DNA of 62,451 nucleotides, the filler included, from Choristocarpus tenellus KU-1152 (taxonomy: Eukaryota > Protista > Phaeophyceae), in NCBI GenBank assembly GCA_964200185.2. It is 8 parts of 8 records of this genome, joined end to end, with 100 filler letters (N's around TTAATTAATTAA, not from the genome) between each part and the next. Parts side by side here need not be neighbours in the genome. Positions count along the whole stretch, not along the records: positions 20,356 to 47,014 come from CAXNAD020000167.1; positions 47,115 to 51,186 come from CAXNAD020016370.1; positions 51,287 to 54,341 come from CAXNAD020022635.1; 5 more parts are not named here. The stretch is one strand, 5' to 3'. The position numbers were made by a program, and so were the translations under genes. A model generated the notes under the pieces. The model searched no databases. It was not told where the DNA came from and saw only the letters and a list, made by a program, of their open reading frames with translations. Positions 39,601 through 53,127 of this stretch are shown piece after piece. How positions within the stretch are numbered: the stretch's first letter is position 1; each line of letters starts with the position of its first letter.

Positions 39601-42600
39601 CTGCAGCAGCTTCATCCTTGTACTCTAGCATTCATAATAGTACCAGTCCTGTGGCCTGGGAGCTTGAGGATGCAACACGAGGTCTCTCCAGGGGAGCACC
39701 AGCATTGCTCCTACACTTGGAAATGACTGTCTTGACACTTCGAACAGGACAACCGACCTTACCAATGACCTCTCTGGAGAGCAGAAAGGCCAGATGCCAC
39801 ATGATACTTCCCTGGGATGGGGAAAGTATAGATGGCTTGGGCAGTGACCAGCAGTGTGTCAGCTTGTTCTTCCTTGAAGCCACCTCTTCCTTTAAGAACC
39901 CTGCACCTCTGCTGCTTGAGTTTGGCCCATCAGACAAGGTTGGAAATGGTAAGAGAATTGGCATCAAGACGCCTCCCAGTGCAAAGCTAGAGTTCCTGCA
40001 TACGTGGGAGCCAAATGAAGGGTGAGATGCTTTGTGATGGGGATAGGATTTGCTTTGACTAGGGCAAGGATGTTATTACTTCCAACTTTTGTGAATTGAT
40101 TTTAGCACTTTTTGCTCTGCTCCAAATTATTATGATAAATCTAGTGTACCATTATATGACATCATGCAGAATACAGGCACAATATTTTACTTCTGTTATA
40201 CTCCCTGGTGAATGCAGTGGTGACAATGGTCTGGGAGGGATGGGACCATCTGATGGTGGGAGTGAAGAGCGTCTGAGAGGTGACCTTGCTGAAGATAGTG
40301 AGGGCGGGGAGAAGCCGAGCTCAAGCATGCTATGGATTGTCCTCCCAAGCCTGGCTGTGGAGTTATCAAGGCTTGAATATGTTGTTCTTGTAGATCTCAT
40401 TTCTGCCATCATGACCCCGCCCAACTGCACAATCCGTGACAAGCCTGGAAGTGTGTATCCTGTTGGTGACACTCATGACACAGACCCTGATCCTTCACAA
40501 CCCTTGGAGGTGTTAGTTGAGGCAGACGGTGCCACGTTGGTGTTGCATGAAGCCAAAGCCTTTGCAGAAAGCCCTGGACCTTACTCGTTTGTGCTCAACT
40601 TATGTGGCGCTAGGGTACATCTCACAGGCGGTGGTAATGGTGTGGGAGAGGACAATGGTGTTGTCAATGGTGTTGTCAATGGTCCATCTGTCACTTTATC
40701 TTCTCGAGATTTGTCGTTGCATGAGGCTCTTCTCTGTGAGAATGGGAGTTACACTGAACGTAAAGGGCCAATAATGACCCCAATAATGTTTTCAGGAGGG
40801 GAGGAGACCATGCTTCGATATCACACACGGATGGATCTGACTGAGATTGGATATGTGAGAGATGCTTTCTGCATGTTTCCCCTTGTGGTTTCAACTTTTT
40901 TTTCCAAAGTAGATCAACCTGAGGATGACAAAGACAAGTTCACATGTACCACTATCCATCACATCTTTTTTGCACACTGTATAATTTTTATTTTTTAACA
41001 TGGAATAGTACCCTTGCTCAATGATAGGGAAATCAATTTCACCCGACCACAGAACTCATATTTCAAGGCTGAACTTGACTTTTGCAATTCTCCTTCATAT
41101 TCTTTTTTTTTCCCAACAAGAGATAAAAAATAAAACATATTTGAAGTGTGAAGATTCAATACTGTTCCAGAACCACTGAATGTTGTAATGCATACAATGA
41201 ATACACAATGTTGTCTGGTCCTATTGGAATGTCTCATATGAACGATGAGAAGCTGTATCTGATGTGTCTGATGTGTCTGATGGCACATTTATGTGTGTTT
41301 TGGACAGATTCCTGTACTCTACCAGACCAAGTGGGTTAAGGGTGAATCAGGACTTGCGGCAGAACTCACACTGGCATCCACCACTAGAGGAGCGTGCAAA
41401 ATCTTGACAGCTACATTGAACCTGTACCATGTCTCCCTAAGGTTAGCTGCATTGAAGGGGAGTTTTTTTTGTGAAGTGTTGGTTCTATTGATAGCTGTAT
41501 GTGTTTAATAATTTAGTGTATGTGTTTAGTCATAATTGTGTGTGTTTTATAATTGTATGTGTTTAATAGTTTATTGTATTTGTTTAATAATAATTGTATG
41601 TGTTCAACAATAATTGTATGTGTTTAATAATTGCAGCCCCCCAAGGTCTGTAACATACGATTACATGTGTCACCTTTTTGAGCCTCTCTCCGTGATATCC
41701 TGTTGCTTAATGATATTCAACATACCCCTGATTGATAAGACATGCGATATTAAATGACACTTGGCAGGTATAGGATCCATACACAGGTTGTCAAATGGTA
41801 AGACATATTACCTCATGAAATCTGGGTTTTGAGCCTGAGGCGCACCATGTCCTCTTGATGGCAGATTCTTGTTGAGTATTTTCTTGGAATTTTCTTGGAA
41901 TTGGGTTGTGAACTTTTGCACCCAATTGATGTTCAATTTGACTCCAAGAGAGTTCAAGGTGTGGGTTGACAATTGATATTTTTTCCCTCTAGAATGTGTT
42001 TTTGTGAGGGGTTGTAGTGTGTTGTAATTAGTAAGAAGACTTGGAACACCTTCCATTTAGAGACATATCTCGATGCAATGCACTTCATGTTTGTAGATCA
42101 ATGCTACACATCTCTATGTGAAGGTTTGCTGGTGCACAATTGGAATAAATCTTGATGCAACCTGATGCTGATGCTAATGCTGATGCTGGTACTGGTACTC
42201 TTGTACAGTTATACCATATGAGTTGTTAATGCCGCCTGACAGAAAATAACTAGCCAGCCCAACCTCATTCAGCACCAAATCATCATACTGTGCTTAAGAG
42301 GTTTTTCATGAACAGTTGATACTCACCAACAACGGCGGTGAAATATGAACAGATTGGTAGTGGGGTATGCCTCATGTAGTGTTGTTTAATGCATGGACAG
42401 TACTTTCTTAAAGTGATCAAGGTATGGTCAGTGTATTTGACAAATCTAAACTGCTCTTATGCCAAAGGTATTGAGAAAGGTGAAACATATGTAACTAGAA
42501 CACTTTCAGTAGGTAGGGGAAGCAAGGAAGGAATGTTTGGAAGACCTAGTTCAATTTGAAAGATGTTTGAAAGTAAGCAAGCCCTTGTTTCTGTGAAAGA

Positions 42601-45600
42601 TGATCTGAGGTCGTTCAATCTGAAAGATTTTGTGAAACAAACCCTTTCAACTGTCTTAGTGTACATGTGAACTCTCTTTAACCCTTTCAAAATTCAACTG
42701 CATAGGCACACTGTCTCATCAACCTGGCTCGTCCGATTATTGGGGCTAGTGGTGGGAGATGTTCCTTCAGGGATGGGAGCACCTGCTTGCAGTGATGATG
42801 GCAATCTTGATAATACAGGACAATCCTCTAGAGGTCAACACGACAGCTTGACCAAAATGTTTATCACTGTCTTCAATGGAGTGGTTGACTATATGCCTTC
42901 AAATAGGTGAGGGTCAGGAAACTTCTCTGCAGTTGGGTGTGATTGTTGAGGCTGATTGGATGGATACTCAAGGGTGTTATTTTGCTGATGACTTTACTCT
43001 CTGATCAAGTAAAAAGAATGAACCTCATGAATCAGGTTCTCTCTCTCTACCTTGCATGTACAAGTAGTCTTAAATACAGACACGTTAGAGATGATCTCAA
43101 GATAGACAACACAACAGAGATTATAGTTGTAGGTATGGCTACATGTGAAGCTGTGTTTGTATATCACAGCAAGTTATAAAGTTTCAACCCACATTGGTAC
43201 CTTCAGCAGAAAAAAAATGTATATAACAAACGCAGAATCCAGTCAGGCAGCTACCTTCAATGAAATTTTCAATTCTGGAAAAGAGTGCACAATAGAAGAA
43301 TGCAATCACTACAATCACTACAATCACTACAATCACTGCAATCACTGCAATCACTCTTTTAATCACTGCAGGCTTGGGAGTGATGCAATGACCTGGTGAC
43401 ACAGGAAACCCTAGCCAAGTATATTGAACTTTTGAGTAGTGGCCCTGCGCATACAATATTAATCATACACTGTAGTTAATTAGTTAGTTGGTCAGGGATG
43501 AGGGAGGGATGTACGTAGGGTTCTGGTGTGTAATGGGCTCAGATTTTTCTCAGAAATAGGAGATTGCCAAGGAATTTATATTGGGGAGTCAGTGGGTTGG
43601 TTTCATGGTACAATGATCATATCTAGCAATCTCACTTGTAGGCACTACCAACTTACTGTCCAATGTTTTTTTTGTGTTATTTGTGAGTCATGCTGTACCA
43701 ATTACTGAACACCATACCCATACATACACATCCCTGGTGCTATGGTTATGTTGTCAGATTGTAGACCTCTCTGATACAGGGAATTGGTAATTTCAGAACT
43801 TGTACTGGACAGCTCCTTGCAGTCCCAAGATATTGTAGATAGTGTAACATGAAAGGTATGGACAACCCTTTGTATACACTAACAACCACTCAAGATCACC
43901 TATTGAATGACCTAAGCGATACTACCTCCATGTTAAATGTTTGCCCACAAATACTGCCCTAAAATGTGCTGAGATTCCACAAATCCCCCAGCAGATTGAG
44001 GCCAAGTAGCAACTTTCCACAATGTCTCAACACTTCCAAATTGATTCTTTGCTCAATCCTTACAAGTCATAATGCTGCCTTGTTCTCTATAGTAGAAAGT
44101 CATAATAGAAATCTCTTCACACATTGCCACAGGCTGAATTTATGAGCATGCATTGTTGTTATTTTTGGAAAATGGAAGGATACGCACAAAATAACTTTCA
44201 CTCCAAGCCAAGGGACTTTTTAGTCACATGCAAACTGCAAAATGTCCCCTCAAATACAATTAGTAATAGAAATAGTAAAAGAGAAGTAGTAATAGTAGTA
44301 ATAGTGGAAATAGCAATAGTAACAATAGTGATAGTAATAACAATAATAATAATAATAATAATAATAATAGTAATCGTAGTAGTAGTTGTAATGGTGATAA
44401 TAGCAATAGTACTGGAAATATTAGCTTGTAACTAGGGTAGTCCACAGATCTTAGTAGCTGCCCTCAAAATTGCCCTCGAGCCTGTTGATTCTCTGGCAAT
44501 TTTTGTTGTGTGTGTAGTTTGTGCTTCTACATATTTTTTCTGTGGTTGCTTCCCCTTTGTCTTCACCTGCTTCAACTGTGGAAGTTGCTGATTGGTCTTT
44601 CCTATATTTTTTGAATGTTGTGTTATTTTTTTATGTGATTAGTTGTCACTTACGCTTGTTGGTGTCAAAGTTTGTTGCTATCCTCTTTGCTAAATGTATG
44701 TTTTTTGTTTCACCATTGCCACCCTCTTGTGATTGGTCAGTTTGGAGACAATGCATCAGATGCTTCCAGGTATTGATTGCAGTAGAGAGATCACTACTGG
44801 GCGAACAGTAGTACCCATTGGGGTCCTCCGAGTGTCAAGCAACATGGTTCCAGGTGCACCAATGCAGGTGATGGATAGTTGACTTGTAGTTACAGCTGAT
44901 ATGGAGTAGTTCAGATCATGTTCAATTTGCATGTTGTGAGATGTCAGGACATAGTTGAGTCTCAACAGAGAAAACATTATGTTGGCCCAATATTTGCCTT
45001 GATCCTGTCTAGTAGGTGATGTTTGCCTGCTTGTGACATAGGTTGTAGCCTCCCCTCCATCTTTTTGACAGGATTGAGGTCATTGTCAATTAATTGACTT
45101 TTGTTTTTTGTCATGTCTTGAATACATTTCTTGAATACATGTCTTGAATACATGTCTACAGCTCGAGAGATCTTTATTTTATTTATTCTGTGGATAGACC
45201 GAGAGGACTGCTGTGATGAAAAATTAGAAAAAAGTTTGAGGAAACTCTCTGTGTGTGACTAGTTTCAACAATCCCAAACTGTTCAATGTTTGATGTTCCT
45301 TGAAGGGCAATTGATTCTTTTTATTCCTTACAATGTACAATATGTCCCTAGTATCAAGATTTTTGTGTTGATGCATAACTGATGCATACAGATTAATTTT
45401 TTATGTTAGATGTTGTATTGGATTCACCTCCCTGCAAGTAGTTCTTGTGTGTTTAATCTGAGTTTAGTAGTTCAATCCCTGTTATTATAATGATCTGGTT
45501 GTTGTGACCTGTGTAGTTTAGTGTGACTTTAATCCACCCGACTTTATACACCCTACTCCACATTAATTACCAATATAGTACAATGTAGTATTATATTGTA

Positions 45601-46267
45601 TTATATTAATATTTTTTAATGCAAGTATTGTACATGAAGATACTTATTTCTCAACCTTTACGTCATTGTATTTGGGTCTGCCGAGCAGGGCTTCAAATTA
45701 GTGATCCGAGACATGGCACTCTACATGTCCAACAACCCTTCAAACTACAATCTTGAGAACTCGGGTCTGTGTGGAGGATTTTTAGGGCTGCAAGGGGGTG
45801 AATCAGGATGGTGTGACAACTCTCAAGCGACATTTGGACCCATGCCATCTGTCCAAGATTACCTAGAGGGATCAGAATTCGTGCAGGTACATGGTGGCAT
45901 GTATGATATGAATGGACATGTATGATATGAATTGACATGCATGACATGTTGTATTAACTATAGTGTCATTACGAGTAATACTCTGCACTAATGATATTCT
46001 GGGCATGATACTCCTATTCCTTCTTGTAACCAAGTCAACACAATGTGATAACAGTACAACACTGTATGGCAGAGTATATGCTGCCTTTTGTGTGTGACAT
46101 CTCCTCTTTGCCATTTCTTGTCTCAGATTGCAACTCTAAATTTCTTAGATGCTTTCCTGAGGACCAAGTCGCAAGTGGAGACACCTTCAGACTCCTTTTT
46201 GGCCCTTGAACTGTGGATGGGTGTCATCCACATGTACACCTGCCAGGACTCACTTAATACTACACAG
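36651..46267 (+). CDS. ATG2: Autophagy-related protein 2, 5' part (exons 36651-36749, 36870-37550, 38114-38527, 38796-40021, 40218-40854, 41308-41441, 42706-42906, 44783-44867, 45689-45886, 46127-46267; truncated by contig end)
   Basis: Chorein-N-type start LKKLYRFVLKKLVGRFLEDDITLDQLDVHLRAGRLELTDLSL, then EGLDFVAQWIEQITSKIKAIVNNITIRV, and later VIHMYTCQDSL (ATG2 hTCxDS). All introns are GT-AG and phases join in frame. Confidence 0.88.
43303..43370. repeat. 9-bp tandem repeat (CAATCACT[AG]) in ATG2 intron
   Basis: About 7 adjacent copies. Confidence 0.85.
44255..44415. repeat. Degenerate (AAT/AGT)n microsatellite in ATG2 intron
   Basis: Trinucleotide run that produces spurious poly-Ile and poly-Leu ORFs. 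Confidence 0.9.
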
Positions 46268-48100
46268 GTACATTATTCAGTATACAGTATATTATCAATA
46301 GATGAAATAGATATACTCTATTTTTGTGCTTCCCAATTATGTAGGTAATTGTAGCAGAAGTGGTGTTAATAATCTAGTAAGAATTATACTGAAAAGGTAG
46401 CTGTACAATACCATGTATGTACTTGAGTACATTGTACAATATCAATATGTACAATATAGAGAGGGTGCTAGTCTTGGTGGTTGATGTTGCAATACAATAC
46501 AATACAGTAAAATAAATACATCAAGTCTTGACACACAATGGCTTCAATGCGATAGATTTCACAATACCTTGAATATTCCTCAATGCTTGTTCCAATAGAT
46601 TTCACAGTCTATTTTTGTTCTTTCCATTTGTATTGATAAAAAGAAGTTTTTAAGATATTGGTGAAAAGAATTCTTGAAGGTCTTTTAAGGTCAGGTTGAA
46701 GAGAAGTATTTTTGGTCTTAAAGGTTGGTTTTTCACCTTACACAGTTTGACTGCTGTGATGGTCATCCTAAAGGTTGCCTTCCACCTTCTTTGCAACCAT
46801 CTGTGAGCTTGTACAGTTAAAAGTGATGTCAGATGTGAAGGATATGTGTGTTGGGTACCTTTGTGCTTCCCACATCAGTATCTCAACTAAGGGTCCCTCT
46901 GACTCTATTTATAGCCGTGGTTGCTGGACTGTTTTTTTTTTTTTTTTTTGTCTGATATTACTGCAATGTTTACCTTTGTTGCCAACTTTAAATACCTGGA
47001 TAAATACCTGAATANNNNNNNNNNNNNNNNNNNNNNNNNNNNNNNNNNNNNNNNNNNNTTAATTAATTAANNNNNNNNNNNNNNNNNNNNNNNNNNNNNN
47101 NNNNNNNNNNNNNNCCACGACCGAAGACAGCAAATGCACCTTTTTTGAAATCCCCGGTTGAGACCCAAACGGACGCCCAGTGTAGACCGCCCCCCCCCCC
47201 CCCAGGTACTTTGTGATCAAAGGCTTTGGTTCAATACTTGGATTCACACTTCTATTTAGACATGTCCAGAGCGCAAGGGATGCACACAGATACACGCAAA
47301 TATAAGCACAATATACCAGGAGAGAAAAATTTGTTAATCTCAACAACAATTTTCCCTCTGCTGCAAAGGGAACTCAACAGTCACCCATTACACTATGCAG
47401 TGTAACACATATAGACAATCGTCCTCATGACATGATTATGTTGGGGTATATCAAACTTCTTCGGATCCACCCGCTTCATTTACGTAGTAAAGCGCCAAGG
47501 TTAACGAAGGGTGACCCGTTTTTGGCAGTTTGATGTTACAAACAGCTCTTCATATACCCTCTGTCAATCAAACACACATCCTAGAATATTGCGTCAGTTT
47601 CGACTCGGAGGGTTAGATTTCCACCTTGTTTGGAACGTTCGAAGAGTGTTGCATAATTTTGATGTAGACATTCCTCAAAAACACGGTATTTTGAAACAAG
47701 ATCACCGCCATCCCTTTGCAGCTCAAGGGTACCTCTCGTTTACCTTGGCCCTCCCTGTACATCATATTCGGTATTGTATATGTAGATTCGGCGTACGCAG
47801 GTGAAAAGGTCGTTTCGGTACTATACTTCAGCATACTTTAATCAATGAAACCAATCATTCACTTCATAAAGTAATATAATTAATGACACAAATCAATGAC
47901 ATTGAATTTTTCCATACTTCTTGGTCACGAGGATATGAAGTTAGATACACGCAGGTCAATAAAATACATTGTCCATCCGACACACACAACCAAATCGCCC
48001 AAAATCACGACAAGGCAAAATGGGCCCCAAATGGACAGCCGCACCCTCTCCCAGATACTTCTCATAAAGAAAATGCTCATCATGCCTGAAGTGCACTTCA

Positions 48101-48358
48101 GAGTGAAATTATCTTAGAGGGTACAAGTTTTGCCCTGTTTGTCCATTTGGGGTTTGGCTTCCCTCGGGTTTTTTATGGCATTTTCCTACTCCAAAATAAT
48201 TCGGAGTAGGTAAAATGTGTGCGTTATGAAAAGGTGTGTCCGGAACAAGGATATTGATACTTCCTAACAGACACGATAGCCCAAATTACATCAAAATCGC
48301 AACATTGTATTTTGGCCCCAAAATGGACGCGGCTCTACCCTCTACGATACTCTGGCTC
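48101..48358 (+). mobile_element. ~258-bp MITE, copy A (GAG...CTC termini, 4-bp TSD TTCA)
   Basis: TTCA|GAGTGAAATTATCTTAGAGGGTA ... TACCCTCTACGATACTCTGGCTC|TTCA; colinear with 61889-62147. Confidence 0.9.
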
Positions 48359-48869
48359 TTCAGCCGGTAAGGGTGTGACTGAGGAAGAGAAGACATCCGA
48401 AGAGATGAAGTATTTTAGAAGGGGGGGGGGGGAATAGCCTAGTTTGTCCATTTTCGGGGCTTAATGCTGTGTTGTAAAACCCCATTTTGATACCCATTTG
48501 GCAGGTTACTCTCTCCGACGGATTCGGCCAAATGTACAAAAATAGAACCTGTGGATAGATATTCTGTCATAAGTTTGGTTGTAGAATGGAGGTTAACTAT
48601 GCGAAAAGTATATCCGCATCAGTTTTTTGGGTACGCCATAGGTGGTTTGGGGATATTTCTTTTTGAGGAAAAGAAGTGTGTAAATAGGATTGGCAAAATG
48701 CCCATCTGGTATAGGTGCACCTGATACACATTCATTTAGATGAAGGGATGATGATGATGAACAACACATATATTGAAATAATCTATTGACCAGAGAATCT
48801 CAGGGTTACCAAGCCGGCCAATGCAAACAAATCTGTCTGCCAGCCAAACCGGTTCCAAAATAATCTAAC

Positions 48870-51186
48870 ATGTCCAGACCATGTTCACTGGGTTTTGTAT
48901 ACCGGTCCATGTCTGCCCACTGCATGGACTATAGTATTCTTCAAGATGTACGGACCATGTCCACTAGGGTGCTGTACTTGTCTGAGCTTCTGAAAGTGTG
49001 TGAATTTGATCAATCGGTGCTATTTGATCCACAACAAATTGAGGTACTTTTCCAACAACATGATTAGAAGGGTTGGCAATTTCCATTAGGCAAGATCCAT
49101 CCTCTTCCCCAAATAGCTGAAGAGTAGTTGACTATGATGTCTTTAAATGGAAAGTGGTGATGCTTGCTCTGACAAACTCCATGCTCATCTTGAGAATGGG
49201 CTCCACAACAGCATTTTTGGTCAATTCAAGCAAGGTCTGAGAACATACAAAAAGTTCAGTTTTGGTTCCCCAGAGATAAATATGCCCTATATGTGTTATA
49301 TGTACAGAGGAGTTATGAACTCAGTTGTCACTGCAGCAACTATTTTCATGTGTATCAAAAAGGTGTCAACAATATTTTGGCTGATGGGTGGTGGGTTAAC
49401 AATGGGTATAGGAGAAATTTTCTGAGTAGCTGGAATGCAACTCTGCACTCCCACAAAGTGATACTTCATCTCTATCCCAATCCAACTTCGTCCAAACGCA
49501 GCCATGATACTTTCGTCAGAAGAATTTTGTCAACACTCAAAGGGGGCAGGACTACTGCTCGGACAGGCAGTGCTTATTCACCAAGGTTCGTTGAAATTGA
49601 ATAAAGCCATGCCCTTTCAATGGTCGTCCCCCAGGACCTTTTAAATGTAAGGCACCGTCTGATGTAGGACCGATGCGAGTAGAAAAAAGGGTAGGGTGAA
49701 CTTTCATGTATCTTTGGCTATTGACTGGAATATCAGTTGTGGCATCAGCTGTAATGTGTTAAACTGAACCGTGATTAATTTCTCCAGGAGGAATTGATAA
49801 TCTACGAGATGAAACCCTGTGAAATACAAGAGTGTTTAGAGTAATGTTGTGTTGCAGATGTATGCTGCTATTATGTTGACCTTTTTGAACACATTCGACG
49901 TGTAACACATTCGATAAGTAACAAAGTCTTCACTCACTGATGGTATGGATTTAGAAAAATACTTCACTGCTGAGGTTGTTATTGGATGATGAACAAATTG
50001 AGTTTGAAGCAGTGGATTGTAGTGTGGCCTTAAGAGTGGTGAACCGTTGCAGGTGTTTCACTGCAGGGTTGGGGCCCAAAGAATCGTTAGAAAGGCGTAG
50101 TTGAGACATTGGTTGTTCAAATTCATAAACAATTGCCTTGATTGACAACCTGTTGAAGGATTGTGAACTATTGGGTTGGGTACGAAAGGATCGATATGAA
50201 GGTACGATTGAGACACCTATTGCTCATGTGTGTGATCAGTTTGCCTATTTGAGTGACAACCTGTCGAAGGGTTGTCAACTATTGGATAGGATCCCGAAAG
50301 ATTATTAGAGAGGTGTGCTTGAGAGACGTTGATTGCTCAAGTGCATAATACTCTGGCGTGTTTGATTGACAACTTGTTGCGTTGTCAACTGCTGAGTCGG
50401 ATGTCATAGAAAATTTTGCAAATATCTGGATAGGATTTTGGTTTCCCGTGTCTCTTGCTCGAAAAGTATGGCTTAGCCTATTTGAGTGACAACCTATCAA
50501 ACATGGTTTTGCTCACAACTGTGTGGGATACGATTGAACTAGCTCAAGCCACATTCTTTGCATTTTGATCATACACAGCTCCACGTTGTCTCCCTTCTTC
50601 TTCATCTGTCTCAAAGAACTTGATCTTTATGATGTCTTTGACAGAAAGAATGTTTACCTCAATTAGCGGTTAGAGGGATGTGCTTTAATTTCAGTTTAAT
50701 AGAAACTTGAAGCAGGTTGAAGGCGGTTGTCAGGATTGAGAGGACTAGCTCAAAATCATGCAGCTTACCACAGATCAAGTCCTTCAATACGTGCTGACTG
50801 GTATGTTCTGGAGTTTTCAGCAAGACGGCGTATGCCTCTCTAATTTTTCTCAAAACAGCAAAACCATTTCCCAATTTTTGTACCAAACCGAAAAGGGTAT
50901 TGTGTCTGGGTTGTCCGTCGCCTCCTTTTCTTGCTCATTTGAGCTTCCCAGCTGGGGTTGGTGTACGTGAGGTGTTTTTTTCTGGAGAACGTTGAGTGTT
51001 TGCCTTCACATCCTCAAATTGGTCCTTTTTGTCTTTGACTGCATCTTTGTTTGATGTCACCATGATAACGATTTCACCCTCGGTGGATTCCCCTTTACAC
51101 TGTAGGCGTGAGTACCACTGTGGTGAGGCAGGGTCCAATCAACCGTAGGGGTTGATCAAAATCACTACTTCTGTCAAACAGAGCTT
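48870..51186 (-). mobile_element. Decayed Ty3/gypsy-like LTR retrotransposon internal region (gag-protease)
   Basis: Interrupted minus-strand frames: helical gag-like segments (50659-50886), retropepsin-like ALPVRAVVLPPLSVDKILL / ESIMAAFG, then NAVVEPI...MEIANPSNH. Assignment by motif resemblance only. Confidence 0.5.
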
Positions 51187-51659
51187 NNNNNNNNNNNNNN
51201 NNNNNNNNNNNNNNNNNNNNNNNNNNNNNNTTAATTAATTAANNNNNNNNNNNNNNNNNNNNNNNNNNNNNNNNNNNNNNNNNNNNCCAACAACCTGGAC
51301 CAGAAAATTTTTACCCAAAAGGGGACCCCCCCCCCCCCCCCCCCCCCCCAGGTGCTTCGAGTCATGTCTCATACTATCATACACTGATTTGTCCGAGAAA
51401 AAATCATTGCGTTTTCTTTTTTCTTCAGCCATATTTGATTTCCTTGCGTGGCGGAGAGATGTGGGATCTCTTCCATTTCCGTGGTGAAACAATTTTGACA
51501 AAGTCTTTACTTCATTAAGCACCAGTAGGAAAAGTTTCTGTGGAAGAGCTAAAAGTGCTGTTAGAACTCTTCCTCTAAATAGAGGATGTACCTCCTCGAC
51601 ACATATTTTTTTCTTTCATTTTTTTCAGGGGTTTTTTAGGTCTCTTTGAGTACCTGCAG

Positions 51660-53127
51660 ATGTAGGAGGGAATGGAGGCAGCGGTGTGATGATAATTATT
51701 GGTATGCATGGTTTGGGGCATGGCGATAGCTTACTGGCGACTTTCTGTAGGAATTGCTTGGAGGTATGCGATCTGTTCTCTACCTGTGTGACAGCACACA
51801 CCTCTGAAACTTTGGAATGCTCCCCATCCATGGTGTGGAGATTTTTATTTGTATCGTTGACAGTTACATATTGCATGTGTTTTGTTGTGTCTAGTCTTCA
51901 TCCGAAGGGAGCGAAGCATTTGTGGACTGAATGCCAAGTCAACGGGGGGGGATAGTACTATCCTATTTCCTCCGGGGGGGGGGGGGGGGGGGGGGGTTTT
52001 TGGCCCCCCGGGTGGGGGCTTTTTNNNNNNNNNNGTGGTCGCGGCTGGTTTGGGGGTTGGGGCGGCGGGGGGGGGTGGGGGGTGTGGGGGGGGGTTACTT
52101 TCGATCACCAGGGTTGGACCTTTTTGACCTTGTAACTTCAGGTTGTTGGGATGGTTTTTTGCAATTTTTTTTAGGCTTTAGTGTGTGTGTTTGGAATCCC
52201 TTGAAGAGTTTATTGGTGACAGACACGCCTCTGTGTAATGCAAGTATGTGTTTCGAAGTAGAGAGGGAGGGGGGGCAAAGGGACTTCATGAAAGGTTGTT
52301 GGACATTTGGGGCTACAGGAAGTGAACTAATATCCCCCACGGCACCTTGTATACATCTTCTCCTTTCTTGAGAAAAAGCAGACTCACTCAAGCACCTCAG
52401 GTCCCATCAATGACCCAACACAATGCAATGCACACACATCGTTCTGTGCATTGCCTGCTCAAGCTTTTTGTGAACAAGAAGGGTACTGTGGTACTTTTGT
52501 GTGTACGATAGCCCTATCAATAGTCAGCACAAACATGTTGGAAGGTGTCTGGGGCAACAGCGTATGACTACACACACACACACATAGTATGTATGCCCTT
52601 TGTATTCTTACTGCTTTTTTAGTCGCCCCAGAGGATTCATTACTGAGGTAGTGAGCAACACATGGCCTGTCCCCATTCTCTGGGCTGACTTTCCCTCCAC
52701 CGCCAACTTTCATGTCCTTGTTCCGGTGCTCCCCTGCCCCCGTACCATAACATCCCATTGTGTCACGTCCAGTGCAAATCCGAGTTCTGCGACATCTGTG
52801 ACAAGCCAAGATTGGAAAGTATTGGAAGATATATTTTCCTGCTTGCCGCTGCATTTGGCCTTCCCAGAACTTGGGGAGTGGAAGGGTGAACAGCGGGGTC
52901 ATGAGGCAAAATGTGTAGAAGAGGCTCCAAATGGACATTTAGATGGTGTTGAGGGGGTGAGGGTGACGAGGTCGGGGGAGGGGGACTCTTGGCCAGTTGT
53001 GGGGACTGTGGGGGAGGCTGTAGGAACTGAGCTACGGAGATCTCGGAGGCAATCAGGATTGCCTTCTCAGACAAGCCAACGAGCTCCGCAAAATCGCCTC
53101 AGTCGATCATTGATGCAAGGACCATGA
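51660..53127 (+). CDS. Probable 3' exons of an unknown protein gene (exon ~51660-51763; terminal exon ~52623-53127)
   Basis: Open frames bounded by CAG/GT and TAG acceptors. The two exons are not phase-compatible without a further exon, and no domain is recognised. Confidence 0.35.

Noticed and set aside
44124-44445. Hydrophobic poly-Ile/poly-Leu ORFs (also 55003-55287)
   Set aside because: Translations of AAT/TAT microsatellites in introns.
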